NCBI GenBank assembly: GCA_036734945.1
Contig: DAIMXP010000002.1
Location: 70,981-134,980 of the forward strand
Length of the DNA stretch: 64,000 nucleotides
Source: Chloroflexota bacterium
Lineage (GTDB): Bacteria > Chloroflexota > UBA4733
Direction of reading: 5' to 3'
Shown: in pieces, positions 56,556-64,000 of the stretch
Layout: each line of letters opens with the position of its first letter
How positions within the stretch are numbered: position 1 is the first letter of the stretch
Program-made: the position numbers and the translations under genes
Notes under the pieces: generated by a model
Seen by the model: the letters and a program-made list of their open reading frames with translations, nothing else
Databases searched by the model: none
What the model was told of the DNA's origin: nothing

Positions 56556-56606
56556 AAGTTGGAAGAATACTTACAATCCTTCCGGCAGAGATGGTAGAAT
56601 ACACCT

Positions 56607-57629
56607 TTGGCGCGCGTTGGAGGGCATATGCAACAGATAGCGGAACGTCCGTCCCCTCGGATCACGATTCAGAAATTGCTGGCGCTGAACCCGGCTGATT
56701 CTGCTGTCGTCTCCGATTTCCTGGGTAGTCTCGCCAATCCAAGGTCCGAACACCGTCTGGAGATTCCCGAACCTTCGGCAATGGCCGTGCTCGGTCCCGA
56801 CTATTACTCACTATTGGATCGTGAAGACCACACCCCCGGATACCTGGCGGCTCCCCACTTCGCCGCACTCCTCATGGAGATCGACGGACAAATACGTTTA
56901 GGCATCGATCGTGCGCTGGATGCCACCTCGGGCATCCCCCATGAGTGGAGGGACTTCCAACGGGATTATGCCGGTGTCGAGGCTGCCATCTCTCCGACCA
57001 ATTCGATTCGATCTGAGTCGCGCCGTCTCGAAAGCCGACTGCTCATCATGGCGCAACTGGAACTTGGGCGATTATGGAAACGCATCAACCGCAGCGACTG
57101 GTCACCGGATGATCTATCAAAGGCCCGGCACGTCCTTTTTGACGATGTGGATCTAATGCTTAGGCGTTCCCGGCCATTCCTGGCGTTCTCAGCAAACAGT
57201 AGTGCCGACGACGAGGGCATCCAGCGCGCGGTTTGGATCAAGTCGTCGTGGTACACCTTCGGCGGTTTGGCGGATTGCTATTATCAAACCTTGGCGTACT
57301 ATACCAAGGCTTACGAGCGCATCCTTCCGCAGCCCGGGCTACGCTGCCTCTATTGCAAGAAGCCAATGCCCCCTGAACGCAAATGGCGAGCAGACATCCG
57401 CACGTGTGGCGATGCGGCGTGCAAAAAGCAGTACGAGGCAGACCGGCATTGGTACCGTGACAACGAGAATGATGTCCGCCCCGTGGTCGTGCAACATCTC
57501 GGCCTCTCGAATGGAGCCAATCTACATCCCGGTGTTGCGCGAAACGAGTGGGCAAGGCTTGGCTATTCGTGCGACAGACGTAGGGGGAGCGGTCGCCCAA
57601 GGGCCGATGGGAAGTCACTAACGCCGTAG
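56607..57629 (+). CDS. hypothetical protein with C-terminal Cys4 zinc-ribbon-like motif
   Basis: 340-aa ORF divergent from the HTH gene, containing LRCLYCKK...IRTCGDAACKK. No family recognised. Confidence 0.45.
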   Translation: MARVGGHMQQIAERPSPRITIQKLLALNPADSAVVSDFLGSLANPRSEHRLEIPEPSAMAVLGPDYYSLLDREDHTPGYLAAPHFAALLMEIDGQIRLGIDRALDATSGIPHEWRDFQRDYAGVEAAISPTNSIRSESRRLESRLLIMAQLELGRLWKRINRSDWSPDDLSKARHVLFDDVDLMLRRSRPFLAFSANSSADDEGIQRAVWIKSSWYTFGGLADCYYQTLAYYTKAYERILPQPGLRCLYCKKPMPPERKWRADIRTCGDAACKKQYEADRHWYRDNENDVRPVVVQHLGLSNGANLHPGVARNEWARLGYSCDRRRGSGRPRADGKSLTP

Positions 57630-57724
57630 AACCGGTCGCCTGCTGCGCGGTTCGAAATGTCCTCCCGTAGCCGTCGCCACCAGTGGCGCTAGTGCCCGTT
57701 CAGGTGAAGCAGCCAGCCTTCGGC

Positions 57725-58771
57725 TTAGCTCACCTCAAGAGCCGTCAGCCCGTGCCGCAGGTGCCATTCATCCAGTTCAGGAGTAAAGTACTTTATCCGT
57801 ATCTTCTTATACTCCTTGCTCGAGAAGAGCATGGCATATTCCGTGAGACCGGTTTCGGCCTTGATGGCTTCGACGGTCTCCTGACAATCCTTTGCGGAAC
57901 GGCCATGGATCATGCCGAAGAGGTTGTATGGCCAGTCGGGGTACACAGGACGCTGATAACAATGGCTCACTGACCGGAAGGAGGCCATGCGAGTGCCGCA
58001 CTCCAGAATGCTGTCCTCCGGCGCCTTCCAGACGGCCATCGCGTTCGCCTTGTAGCCGGCGGCGCGGTGGTGCAGGATTGCGGCAAAGCGACGCAGACGG
58101 GCGGAATCGACCATTGCCTGCGCTTCGGCAAAGAGGTCATTTTCGCTCACATCGAGTCGCTCGGCCATCGCCTGGAAAGGCCGCGCGATGAGCGGTATGT
58201 CTTCTTGCAGCTCGCGAATCACCGCAATCTCGCGCGGCGTGAGGGGCGGATTCTCCCGCTCCCGGCGTGTGTGATCGTATTCCGGCTTGCCGCGCGCCGT
58301 CATGCCGCGCTCGCCAGTCATGTCCAGGTCGACGCCGATCTTGAACAGGCGCAACGTCGGCATTAGGCGAGTGGCCGTCGCCTGCGTGTCCTGACCGATG
58401 AGCTCGACGGTGCGGGCGAGATCGACCGACGGCGGTACCGCGATGGTGAACCAGAGGTTATAGGCATGGTTCCGGCGATAGTTGTGGCTCACCCCCGGGT
58501 GTTGATTGATAATCTCCCCTGCCTCGTCCACTCGTTCATTGGGTACCTGCATGGCGACCAACGAGCTCTTGTAGCCGAGCTGACGCGTGTCGAAGATGGC
58601 GGAAATTTGGCGAATGATCTGGTCGCGCTTCATGCGGGCGACACGGGCGATGACGTCGCCCTCCGTGAGACCCAACCAGTCACCGAGCACGGCGAAGGGC
58701 TGCGCTACCAGCGGGAAGTCGCCTTGGATGCGATTGAGCAGCCGCCCATCAACGTCGTCGACCGTTTGCAT
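57725..58771 (-). CDS. fused siroheme decarboxylase (AhbA/AhbB- or NirDL-type, Lrp/AsnC-like)
   Basis: Two tandem halves, each with the pattern D..D..LL..IQ.DFPL...PF and a following ACT-like part (LGYKSSLVAMQVP; AGYKANAMAVW). Confidence 0.78.
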   Translation of the reverse strand: MQTVDDVDGRLLNRIQGDFPLVAQPFAVLGDWLGLTEGDVIARVARMKRDQIIRQISAIFDTRQLGYKSSLVAMQVPNERVDEAGEIINQHPGVSHNYRRNHAYNLWFTIAVPPSVDLARTVELIGQDTQATATRLMPTLRLFKIGVDLDMTGERGMTARGKPEYDHTRRERENPPLTPREIAVIRELQEDIPLIARPFQAMAERLDVSENDLFAEAQAMVDSARLRRFAAILHHRAAGYKANAMAVWKAPEDSILECGTRMASFRSVSHCYQRPVYPDWPYNLFGMIHGRSAKDCQETVEAIKAETGLTEYAMLFSSKEYKKIRIKYFTPELDEWHLRHGLTALEVS

Positions 58772-58827
58772 TGCTTTTCCTTACTGAACTGAACCAGCCG
58801 GGCACACGACCCGGACGACTAAAACTC

Positions 58828-59043
58828 TCAACCCTTTTCGCCCTTGAAGCCGATCTCGACCCGACCATCGGCGTGAACGAAGACCGGCACAGTGTTCTGC
58901 TGGGTGAGGCGGACCACCTCTTCCTGCCAGATCTCTTCATCGTCCACCTGCCGTTCGGTGAAGGCGATGCCGTCAGCGCGGAGGTCTCGTTTCGCCTTGA
59001 TGCAGACAGGGCAGTCGGACATCGAATACATCATGAGCGTCAT
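58828..59043 (-). CDS. glutaredoxin/NrdH-like small redox protein
   Basis: 71 aa. MYSMSDCPVCIKAKRDL...TVPVFV is a CPxC glutaredoxin-fold pattern. Confidence 0.8.
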   Translation of the reverse strand: MTLMMYSMSDCPVCIKAKRDLRADGIAFTERQVDDEEIWQEEVVRLTQQNTVPVFVHADGRVEIGFKGEKG

Positions 59044-59106
59044 GCCGCGTCCACCTTCATCCTCAGGATCATTTGTCTAGCGTACCAGGGTACACGCGGT
59101 CCGTGG

Positions 59107-59529
59107 TTAGGATGCGGGTTTACGCAGCATGCGTTCCACCAGTTCCGGGAAGTGCTCGATCAGGTGCGAGTTGGCAACGATGTGGTCGGCCCCCGCTGCA
59201 CGGGCCTGCCTCCAGCGCGGCTGGTCCATGTGGGAACCGAAGGCCAAAACGGGGACGCCGTCCAGGCGAGCGGCTTCGATGAGTGGCTGCCATTGTGTCT
59301 GTGGACTGCTCAGATCGGCCAGCAACAGTGCTCCATCGTGCATCGCCGGCATGGGCGTCGCCGTGACCGGCCGGCCGTCGGCCTGAAGGCGCGCCAGGCC
59401 TTCGGCCAGGCGAACACTGAAGAAGAGGTCGCGTGCCAGGTAGTAGACGACGGGCTTCTCGCCCGTTGCTGGCTCGGCCAGCGGCTCAGGCGTTGTTGGC
59501 GTCAGGGTCGGCCTCCTCTCGCGGTGCAT
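59107..59529 (-). CDS. hypothetical protein
   Basis: I chose the start MHRERRP at 59529. The upstream part of ORF 59107..59739 runs through the family-2 repeat. No family recognised. Confidence 0.4.
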   Translation of the reverse strand: MHRERRPTLTPTTPEPLAEPATGEKPVVYYLARDLFFSVRLAEGLARLQADGRPVTATPMPAMHDGALLLADLSSPQTQWQPLIEAARLDGVPVLAFGSHMDQPRWRQARAAGADHIVANSHLIEHFPELVERMLRKPAS

Positions 59530-59611
59530 CGCCCACGTTGGACTCGATTTAGGAACAGAATGCCGGCGACGGATGAAGTTTGACACATGGATCGGGGATT
59601 CGGGTAGAGCT

Positions 59612-59705
59612 GTAGGGGCAGGCCCCTGTGCCTGCCCTGCTCGCGTCGCGACGACGGATCCTTGTTTGCAACCGGACCAGGGCAGGCACAGGGGCCTGCC
59701 CCTAC
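59612..59705. repeat. palindromic intergenic element, family 2 (copy 2 of 2)
   Basis: GTAGGGGCAGGCCCCTGTGCCTGCCC...GGGCAGGCACAGGGGCCTGCCCCTAC. Confidence 0.8.
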
Positions 59706-59771
59706 GCGAGGCGCTTACAATCACCGTTTGCTTCGTCAAACTTCATTCGTCCCCGGCCAACACGGCGTCCC

Positions 59772-61559
59772 TCACGCCGGCATAGTCTCCCTGGCTGCAG
59801 CGTCCGGCGCCAGCGGCGGTACCTGAATTGTCCGCTCACCGACGTAATAGACAAGACCTGGTTTTCCGCCCGGTTGCCGGCGCACATTGCCGACGCTGGT
59901 GTAGTCGACGGCCGCTCGCGACTCGCCGCGGGCGGAGCTGAGATACGCTGCGACGCCAGCGGCGCGTGAGAGCACGTCATCCGGCACCGGGCGTCCGGCG
60001 GAGCGCACCACCACATGCGAGCCGGGAACCCCTTTGGCATGGAGCCACATATCCTGACGCGCTGCCAGGCGAAAGGTCAGCGCGTCGTTGATCTGACTGG
60101 TTTTGCCGAAAAGCACCTCGAACCCCTCGACACGAATCGCCGAAGGCGTGGCCGTGGCGGCCGCCGGCCCGCGTGTACCTTTACGGGGCGCCTTTCGACC
60201 TTGCGTGCGACCACCGGCAGCGCGCTCCCGTTCCGCAAAGAAACCGCCACTTCGCAATTCCGCTTCCAGGCGCACATAGTCTGCTGGCGTCTCGCAGAGA
60301 GCAACGTCGTTGAGCACCTGGCGCGCAAAGGCCAGGTCTAGCGACAGTTCAGCCTGTTGCGGCCCAAGGGCCTCAATGGTGCGTTTGGCGCGTGCGTAAC
60401 GCTTGAAAATTTGCTGAGCGTTTTGGACGGCGGTGAGCGACGGATCAACCGGTATGTGTACAGTGTCGCCTGCAAAGTCCTCCAGGAGGACCTCCCGCTG
60501 GTCGCGTGCTATGTCAGGCTGGTAGGTGAGCAGCACTTCGCCCATCTGGCGCAACTGCAACTGATCCTGCGCTTTGGCTACCTGCTGCTTGATCGTGGCC
60601 AGGCGGCGCTCGGTACGCTCCGCCACCGGTTTCACCATCGCCAGCAAGCGGGTGCGTTGCGTTGTCAGGCGGTCATCGCTTTCGCGCGGCGCGAAGTAAC
60701 GCTCGACGGCCAGGCTGATCGAATTGGCATCCTCGACCGTCGCGGTCGTTTCAAAGGAACGCAGTCGGTATGGCGCGAAGGCCAGGAGTTGTGCTCCTCG
60801 CCGTGCAAACGATGGCGTGCAGGGAGCGCCATTGACAAGCGGCGCGAAGAGATCATGTAGCACCGTTGCCAGTGCCCCGGCATCGGGGCTCTCCCTGTGC
60901 GTGCGGAAGACGGCCTCGCTGGCGGCAGTGGGGCTTATCGCCAGAACGCGCGGCAAATGCTCGATCAGATTTCGACCCTGAGCCTCCGCCAGGGCAGCGT
61001 TGAGGTCCTCCGGCGTGACGTTACTGGGATCAAGCCGCGCCGCGCCGCTGCCTCCCGTGGCGGTGGCTGGCGGTGGCGGCACGTAGGTCAGGTGTGGCTG
61101 GATGACACGGGTGCGGCTCATCTCTCCAGTGACGTGGCGCAGGGCGCCGAGTACGACGCCGGCCTCATCGGTCAATATGGCGTTGCTTTGCCGCCCAAGC
61201 AACTCTATAATGAGCGTGCGCCGCGGTTCGGCGCCGTGTACCGTCTCCAGGTGTAGGATGCGCTCCAACGGGGGTTGATGAACCGAAACAATGCGCGCGC
61301 TTTCCAAATGCTTGCGCAGGAGCATGACAAAGGGCGTCGGCGCGTCGAAGCCGCTGCCCAGCTTGCGTTCGCGTACCAGGTGGGCACGCGCAAAGCGAGG
61401 GTTGAATGACTGAAAGACCTGCCAGTTCTGGTTCTGGCTGCGAACCAGCAGCGCAAGCGACCAGGCATCGGGCTGAAAAATCTTGTCGATTCGACCGCCC
61501 AGCAGCACGCGGCGCCACTCCTCGGCCACCGCGCCGGACGTCAGCGCGTCATAATGCAT
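59772..61559 (-). CDS. rqcH: NFACT-family ribosome quality-control protein (RqcH/FbpA-like)
   Basis: N-terminal MHYDALTSGAVAEEW...GGRIDKIFQP is an NFACT-N pattern. Also has a coiled-coil middle region and C-terminal WLHAKGVPGSHVVV (NFACT-R). Confidence 0.85.
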   Translation of the reverse strand: MHYDALTSGAVAEEWRRVLLGGRIDKIFQPDAWSLALLVRSQNQNWQVFQSFNPRFARAHLVRERKLGSGFDAPTPFVMLLRKHLESARIVSVHQPPLERILHLETVHGAEPRRTLIIELLGRQSNAILTDEAGVVLGALRHVTGEMSRTRVIQPHLTYVPPPPATATGGSGAARLDPSNVTPEDLNAALAEAQGRNLIEHLPRVLAISPTAASEAVFRTHRESPDAGALATVLHDLFAPLVNGAPCTPSFARRGAQLLAFAPYRLRSFETTATVEDANSISLAVERYFAPRESDDRLTTQRTRLLAMVKPVAERTERRLATIKQQVAKAQDQLQLRQMGEVLLTYQPDIARDQREVLLEDFAGDTVHIPVDPSLTAVQNAQQIFKRYARAKRTIEALGPQQAELSLDLAFARQVLNDVALCETPADYVRLEAELRSGGFFAERERAAGGRTQGRKAPRKGTRGPAAATATPSAIRVEGFEVLFGKTSQINDALTFRLAARQDMWLHAKGVPGSHVVVRSAGRPVPDDVLSRAAGVAAYLSSARGESRAAVDYTSVGNVRRQPGGKPGLVYYVGERTIQVPPLAPDAAARETMPA

Positions 61560-61628
61560 GATCTTTCGCCCCCCGCCGGGCAGTCTACCACTGGCGTCGA
61601 TGCGCGCCAGTCGGGGCGCTCAGACGGG

Positions 61629-62234
61629 ATGCCGAAGCGGCGTGGCATGCTGTTCATCCTTTCTGCCCCTTCGGGTGCCGGTAAAGATTCCTTGATCGCG
61701 GTTCTGAAGCCGGCGGAGGTTGGGCTTGAGCGCGTCGTCAGCTATACGACCCGCCCGCCGCGGCCCGAGGAGGTCAACGGCGTGGCCTATCACTTCAGTG
61801 ATGAGCAGACGATGCGCGCGATGTTGGCTGCCGGCGACCTCGTGGAGTGTACCGAGTTCATTCCAGGCAGGTTCTACGGCACGCCTCGGCGGGCTGTAGA
61901 CAACGCCCTGGCTGCCGGCCGCGACGTCCTCATCAAGCCGGAAGTGCTGGGCGCCGCCAAGGTGAAGGCGGCATATCCAAATGCGGTCATGATCTTTCTC
62001 GCGCCGCCGAGCCCGGAAGAAGCCACCCGCCGGATGGATACACGCCAGTCGGAAACCGCCGACGATGCCAGAGCGCGGGTTGAGGCGATGGCGCGGGAGT
62101 TCGCCGCGGCCAGCACCTACGACTACGTTGTCGTCAATGAGACCGGCCGGCTTGATGAGGCCGTTGCGCGGGTGCGGGAGATCGTGGCCGGGGAGCGGCG
62201 GAAGCGGCTGGGTGGGAAGGGGCCTGGCGACTGA
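61629..62234 (+). CDS. gmk: guanylate kinase
   Basis: MLFILSAPSGAGKDS (P-loop), YTTRPPRPEEVNGVAYHF, GTP. I chose the start at 61629 (MPKRRG). Confidence 0.9.
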   Translation: MPKRRGMLFILSAPSGAGKDSLIAVLKPAEVGLERVVSYTTRPPRPEEVNGVAYHFSDEQTMRAMLAAGDLVECTEFIPGRFYGTPRRAVDNALAAGRDVLIKPEVLGAAKVKAAYPNAVMIFLAPPSPEEATRRMDTRQSETADDARARVEAMAREFAAASTYDYVVVNETGRLDEAVARVREIVAGERRKRLGGKGPGD

Positions 62235-62356
62235 AGTCGCGGCTACCACCAGCAAAGCCGCCCTTCGGCGGCTGAGCAGCCTGGTGGCTGCCCCAGTCCG
62301 CGCAGCGCCCAGAGGGCACCCGCTTCGCCCCGTGTAGCCGCGACTTCAGTCGCCAG
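62225..62356. repeat. REP/MITE-like element, family 1 (copy 4 of 4)
   Basis: TGGCGACTGAAGTCGCGGCTAC...GTAGCCGCGACTTCAGTCGCCAG. Its 5' end overlaps the last codons of gmk. Confidence 0.8.
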
Positions 62357-62383
62357 GCGTGCCCGGTTGCACTCGCACCTTTT

Positions 62384-64000
62384 CTAGCCTCCCGCCAGGC
62401 GCTTCACCGCTGCCTCGATATGTCCGGCGTCGATACCCGCAGCATTCATCAGCTCGGCCGGCTCACCGGAGCCGGGCATTCCCTGGACGGCCAGGTGGAC
62501 CACCGTGGGGTCGAGGCCCTTGCTGCTCAGTGCCTCAAGTACCGCGTCGCCCAGGCCACCCTCGGGCCTGTGATCCTCGACTACCACCAGGTTGCCGTGG
62601 CACTCCTTGACGGCGGCGGCGATCGTTTCGGCGTCAAGCGGCTTGACTGAGTAGGCGTCAATGATACGGACGGCGATGCCCTGCCTCTGGAGCTTCTCGT
62701 AGGCGGCGAGCGCCTCATGAACGGTGATGCCTGCCGCCACGACCGCTGCCTGGTCGTTGTCGGAACGCTTGAGCACCGCGCTGCCACCAACGCGCACATC
62801 GACCTCGGGCGGATACAGCACCGTTGTTGATTCACGGGTCGAGCGCAGGTAGGAGATGCCGGGCTGCTGGGCCATCAGTTCCACCAACTTGATCGTCTGG
62901 TTGGCGTCACTTGGATAAAGCACTGTGCTGCCGTGTACGGCGCGCATCATGGCGAGGTCCTCCAGCGCCATCTGGGAGGGACCATCGGCGCCGATCGACA
63001 CTCCGGCGTGCGAGCCGCAGAGACGGAGGTTAGCGCGAGAAATGGCGGCCATCCGAATAAAGTCGTAAGCGCGGCTCATGAAAGCAGCGAAGGTGGAGGC
63101 GAAGGAAACGTAGTGCCGCACCTGCATGCCGATGGCCGCCGACACCAACTGCTGCTCGGCGATGAACATCTCGAAGAAGCGCTCGGGATAGGTCTTGCCG
63201 AAGATGTCGGCGAACGTCGAGTTACTGACCTCGGCGTCGAGGACGACGACATCCTCTCGTGCGGCGCCGAGAGCCCGGAGGGCGTCGCCGTAGGCCCGCC
63301 GCGTGGCCATCTTCGAGCCAAGTGGGTATCCGGCGAACTGCACGGCGCTCACCGGGAAGTCACGCCGGCTGCCGGCGGCAGGAGCTTTGGGCTTGACGGT
63401 CAGGTGGCGCTCGCCCCCGAGCTCAGCGATAGCCCTCGTCGCGTCTTCGGGCGGTAGAGCCTTGCCATGCCAGCCGCCGACGTCTTCCAGCCAGGCTACC
63501 CCTGCCCCCTTCTTCGTTTTGGCCACGATGAGCGTCGGAGCCTGAGTCTCGGCGGTCGCTTGCTTGTACGCCGCGTTGATCGCGTCGACGTCGTGACCGT
63601 CAATCTCGATGGCATTCCAGCCGAAGGCACGCGCCCGCGCGGCGTAGGCCGGGCTGTTCCAGCCCAGTTCGGTGGGGCCGCGCTGACCCAGCCGGTTCAT
63701 ATCGAGGATGGCGATCAGGTTGTTGAGTTTTCGATTGCCGGCGTGGTCGAAAGCCTCCCAGATCGAGCCTTCGGCCATCTCGCTGTCGCCGAGGAGCACC
63801 CAGACGTGGTAGTCCAGCTTGTCGAGGAACTTGCCGGCCAGCGCCACACCCACGCCGATCGGCAGACCCTGGCCGAGCGAACCGGTGGCGACGTCAACCC
63901 AGGGGAGGATTGGCGTCGGGTGCCCTTCCAGCCGGCTGCCGAATTTGCGCAGCGTCAGGAACTCCTGGTCGCTGACCGCATCGGCAGCACGGTACATGGA
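62384..64000 (-). CDS. tkt: transketolase (N-terminus beyond window end)
   Basis: GHPTP...VATGSLGQGLPIGVGVALAGK...LLGDSEMAEGSIWEA (TPP-binding), plus the pyrimidine-binding and C-terminal domains. The frame is open to the window edge. Confidence 0.9.
   Translation of the reverse strand, partial: SMYRAADAVSDQEFLTLRKFGSRLEGHPTPILPWVDVATGSLGQGLPIGVGVALAGKFLDKLDYHVWVLLGDSEMAEGSIWEAFDHAGNRKLNNLIAILDMNRLGQRGPTELGWNSPAYAARARAFGWNAIEIDGHDVDAINAAYKQATAETQAPTLIVAKTKKGAGVAWLEDVGGWHGKALPPEDATRAIAELGGERHLTVKPKAPAAGSRRDFPVSAVQFAGYPLGSKMATRRAYGDALRALGAAREDVVVLDAEVSNSTFADIFGKTYPERFFEMFIAEQQLVSAAIGMQVRHYVSFASTFAAFMSRAYDFIRMAAISRANLRLCGSHAGVSIGADGPSQMALEDLAMMRAVHGSTVLYPSDANQTIKLVELMAQQPGISYLRSTRESTTVLYPPEVDVRVGGSAVLKRSDNDQAAVVAAGITVHEALAAYEKLQRQGIAVRIIDAYSVKPLDAETIAAAVKECHGNLVVVEDHRPEGGLGDAVLEALSSKGLDPTVVHLAVQGMPGSGEPAELMNAAGIDAGHIEAAVKRLAGG

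Larger units (their letters stand above)
53865..57629. mobile_element. putative integrated element/prophage remnant (excisionase-type HTH, Toprim/primase-like, small ORFs); no integrase seen
   Basis: A minus-strand operon (56555->53865) of overlapping small genes plus a divergent 340-aa ORF. The gene content is typical of phage or ICE replication-excision modules. Boundaries were not determined. Confidence 0.35.

Overview
High-GC bacterial chromosomal segment. The palindromic intergenic repeat families suggest Chloroflexota, but that is my inference and is not verified. I recognised no rRNA, tRNA or CRISPR array.

Core blocks:
- 0-19.8 kb: glcDEF, clpB, an HlyD-type adaptor, a YyaL-type thioredoxin-domain protein, mazEF, and an OmpR/histidine-kinase pair.
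- 57.7-64 kb: fused siroheme decarboxylase, glutaredoxin-like protein, RqcH/NFACT, gmk, tkt.

Accessory region 1 (about 19.8-42.5 kb): starts with gene fragments (LacI C-terminus, sulfatase C-terminus) and a RES/Xre toxin-antitoxin pair. It then carries five iterated cassettes, all on the + strand.
- Each cassette combines homologues of the methylamine-dehydrogenase accessory proteins MauE (membrane) and/or MauD (membrane-anchored CxxC thioredoxin-like) with a small precursor gene.
- Each precursor has a twin-arginine signal and a 41-79 aa core containing 12-20 cysteines, always an even number.
- The cassettes also include either an orphan solute-binding-like lipoprotein or an uncharacterised ~140-aa cytoplasmic paralogue family.
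- Around them sit a conserved upstream DNA element, a pseudo-receiver OmpR-type regulator, two ECF sigma / anti-sigma-like pairs and a SAM methyltransferase.
- No methylamine dehydrogenase structural genes are visible.
- I consider this the candidate undescribed system.

Accessory region 2 (44.9-57.7 kb): looks like a defence/mobile island. It has a 1721-aa DExH helicase-DUF1998-nuclease-like fusion flanked by a ~40-bp direct repeat, an AT-richer pair of unknown genes, a HEPN/unknown/HicB operon, and an excisionase/Toprim element remnant.

All family assignments come from reading the translations. No database search was run.
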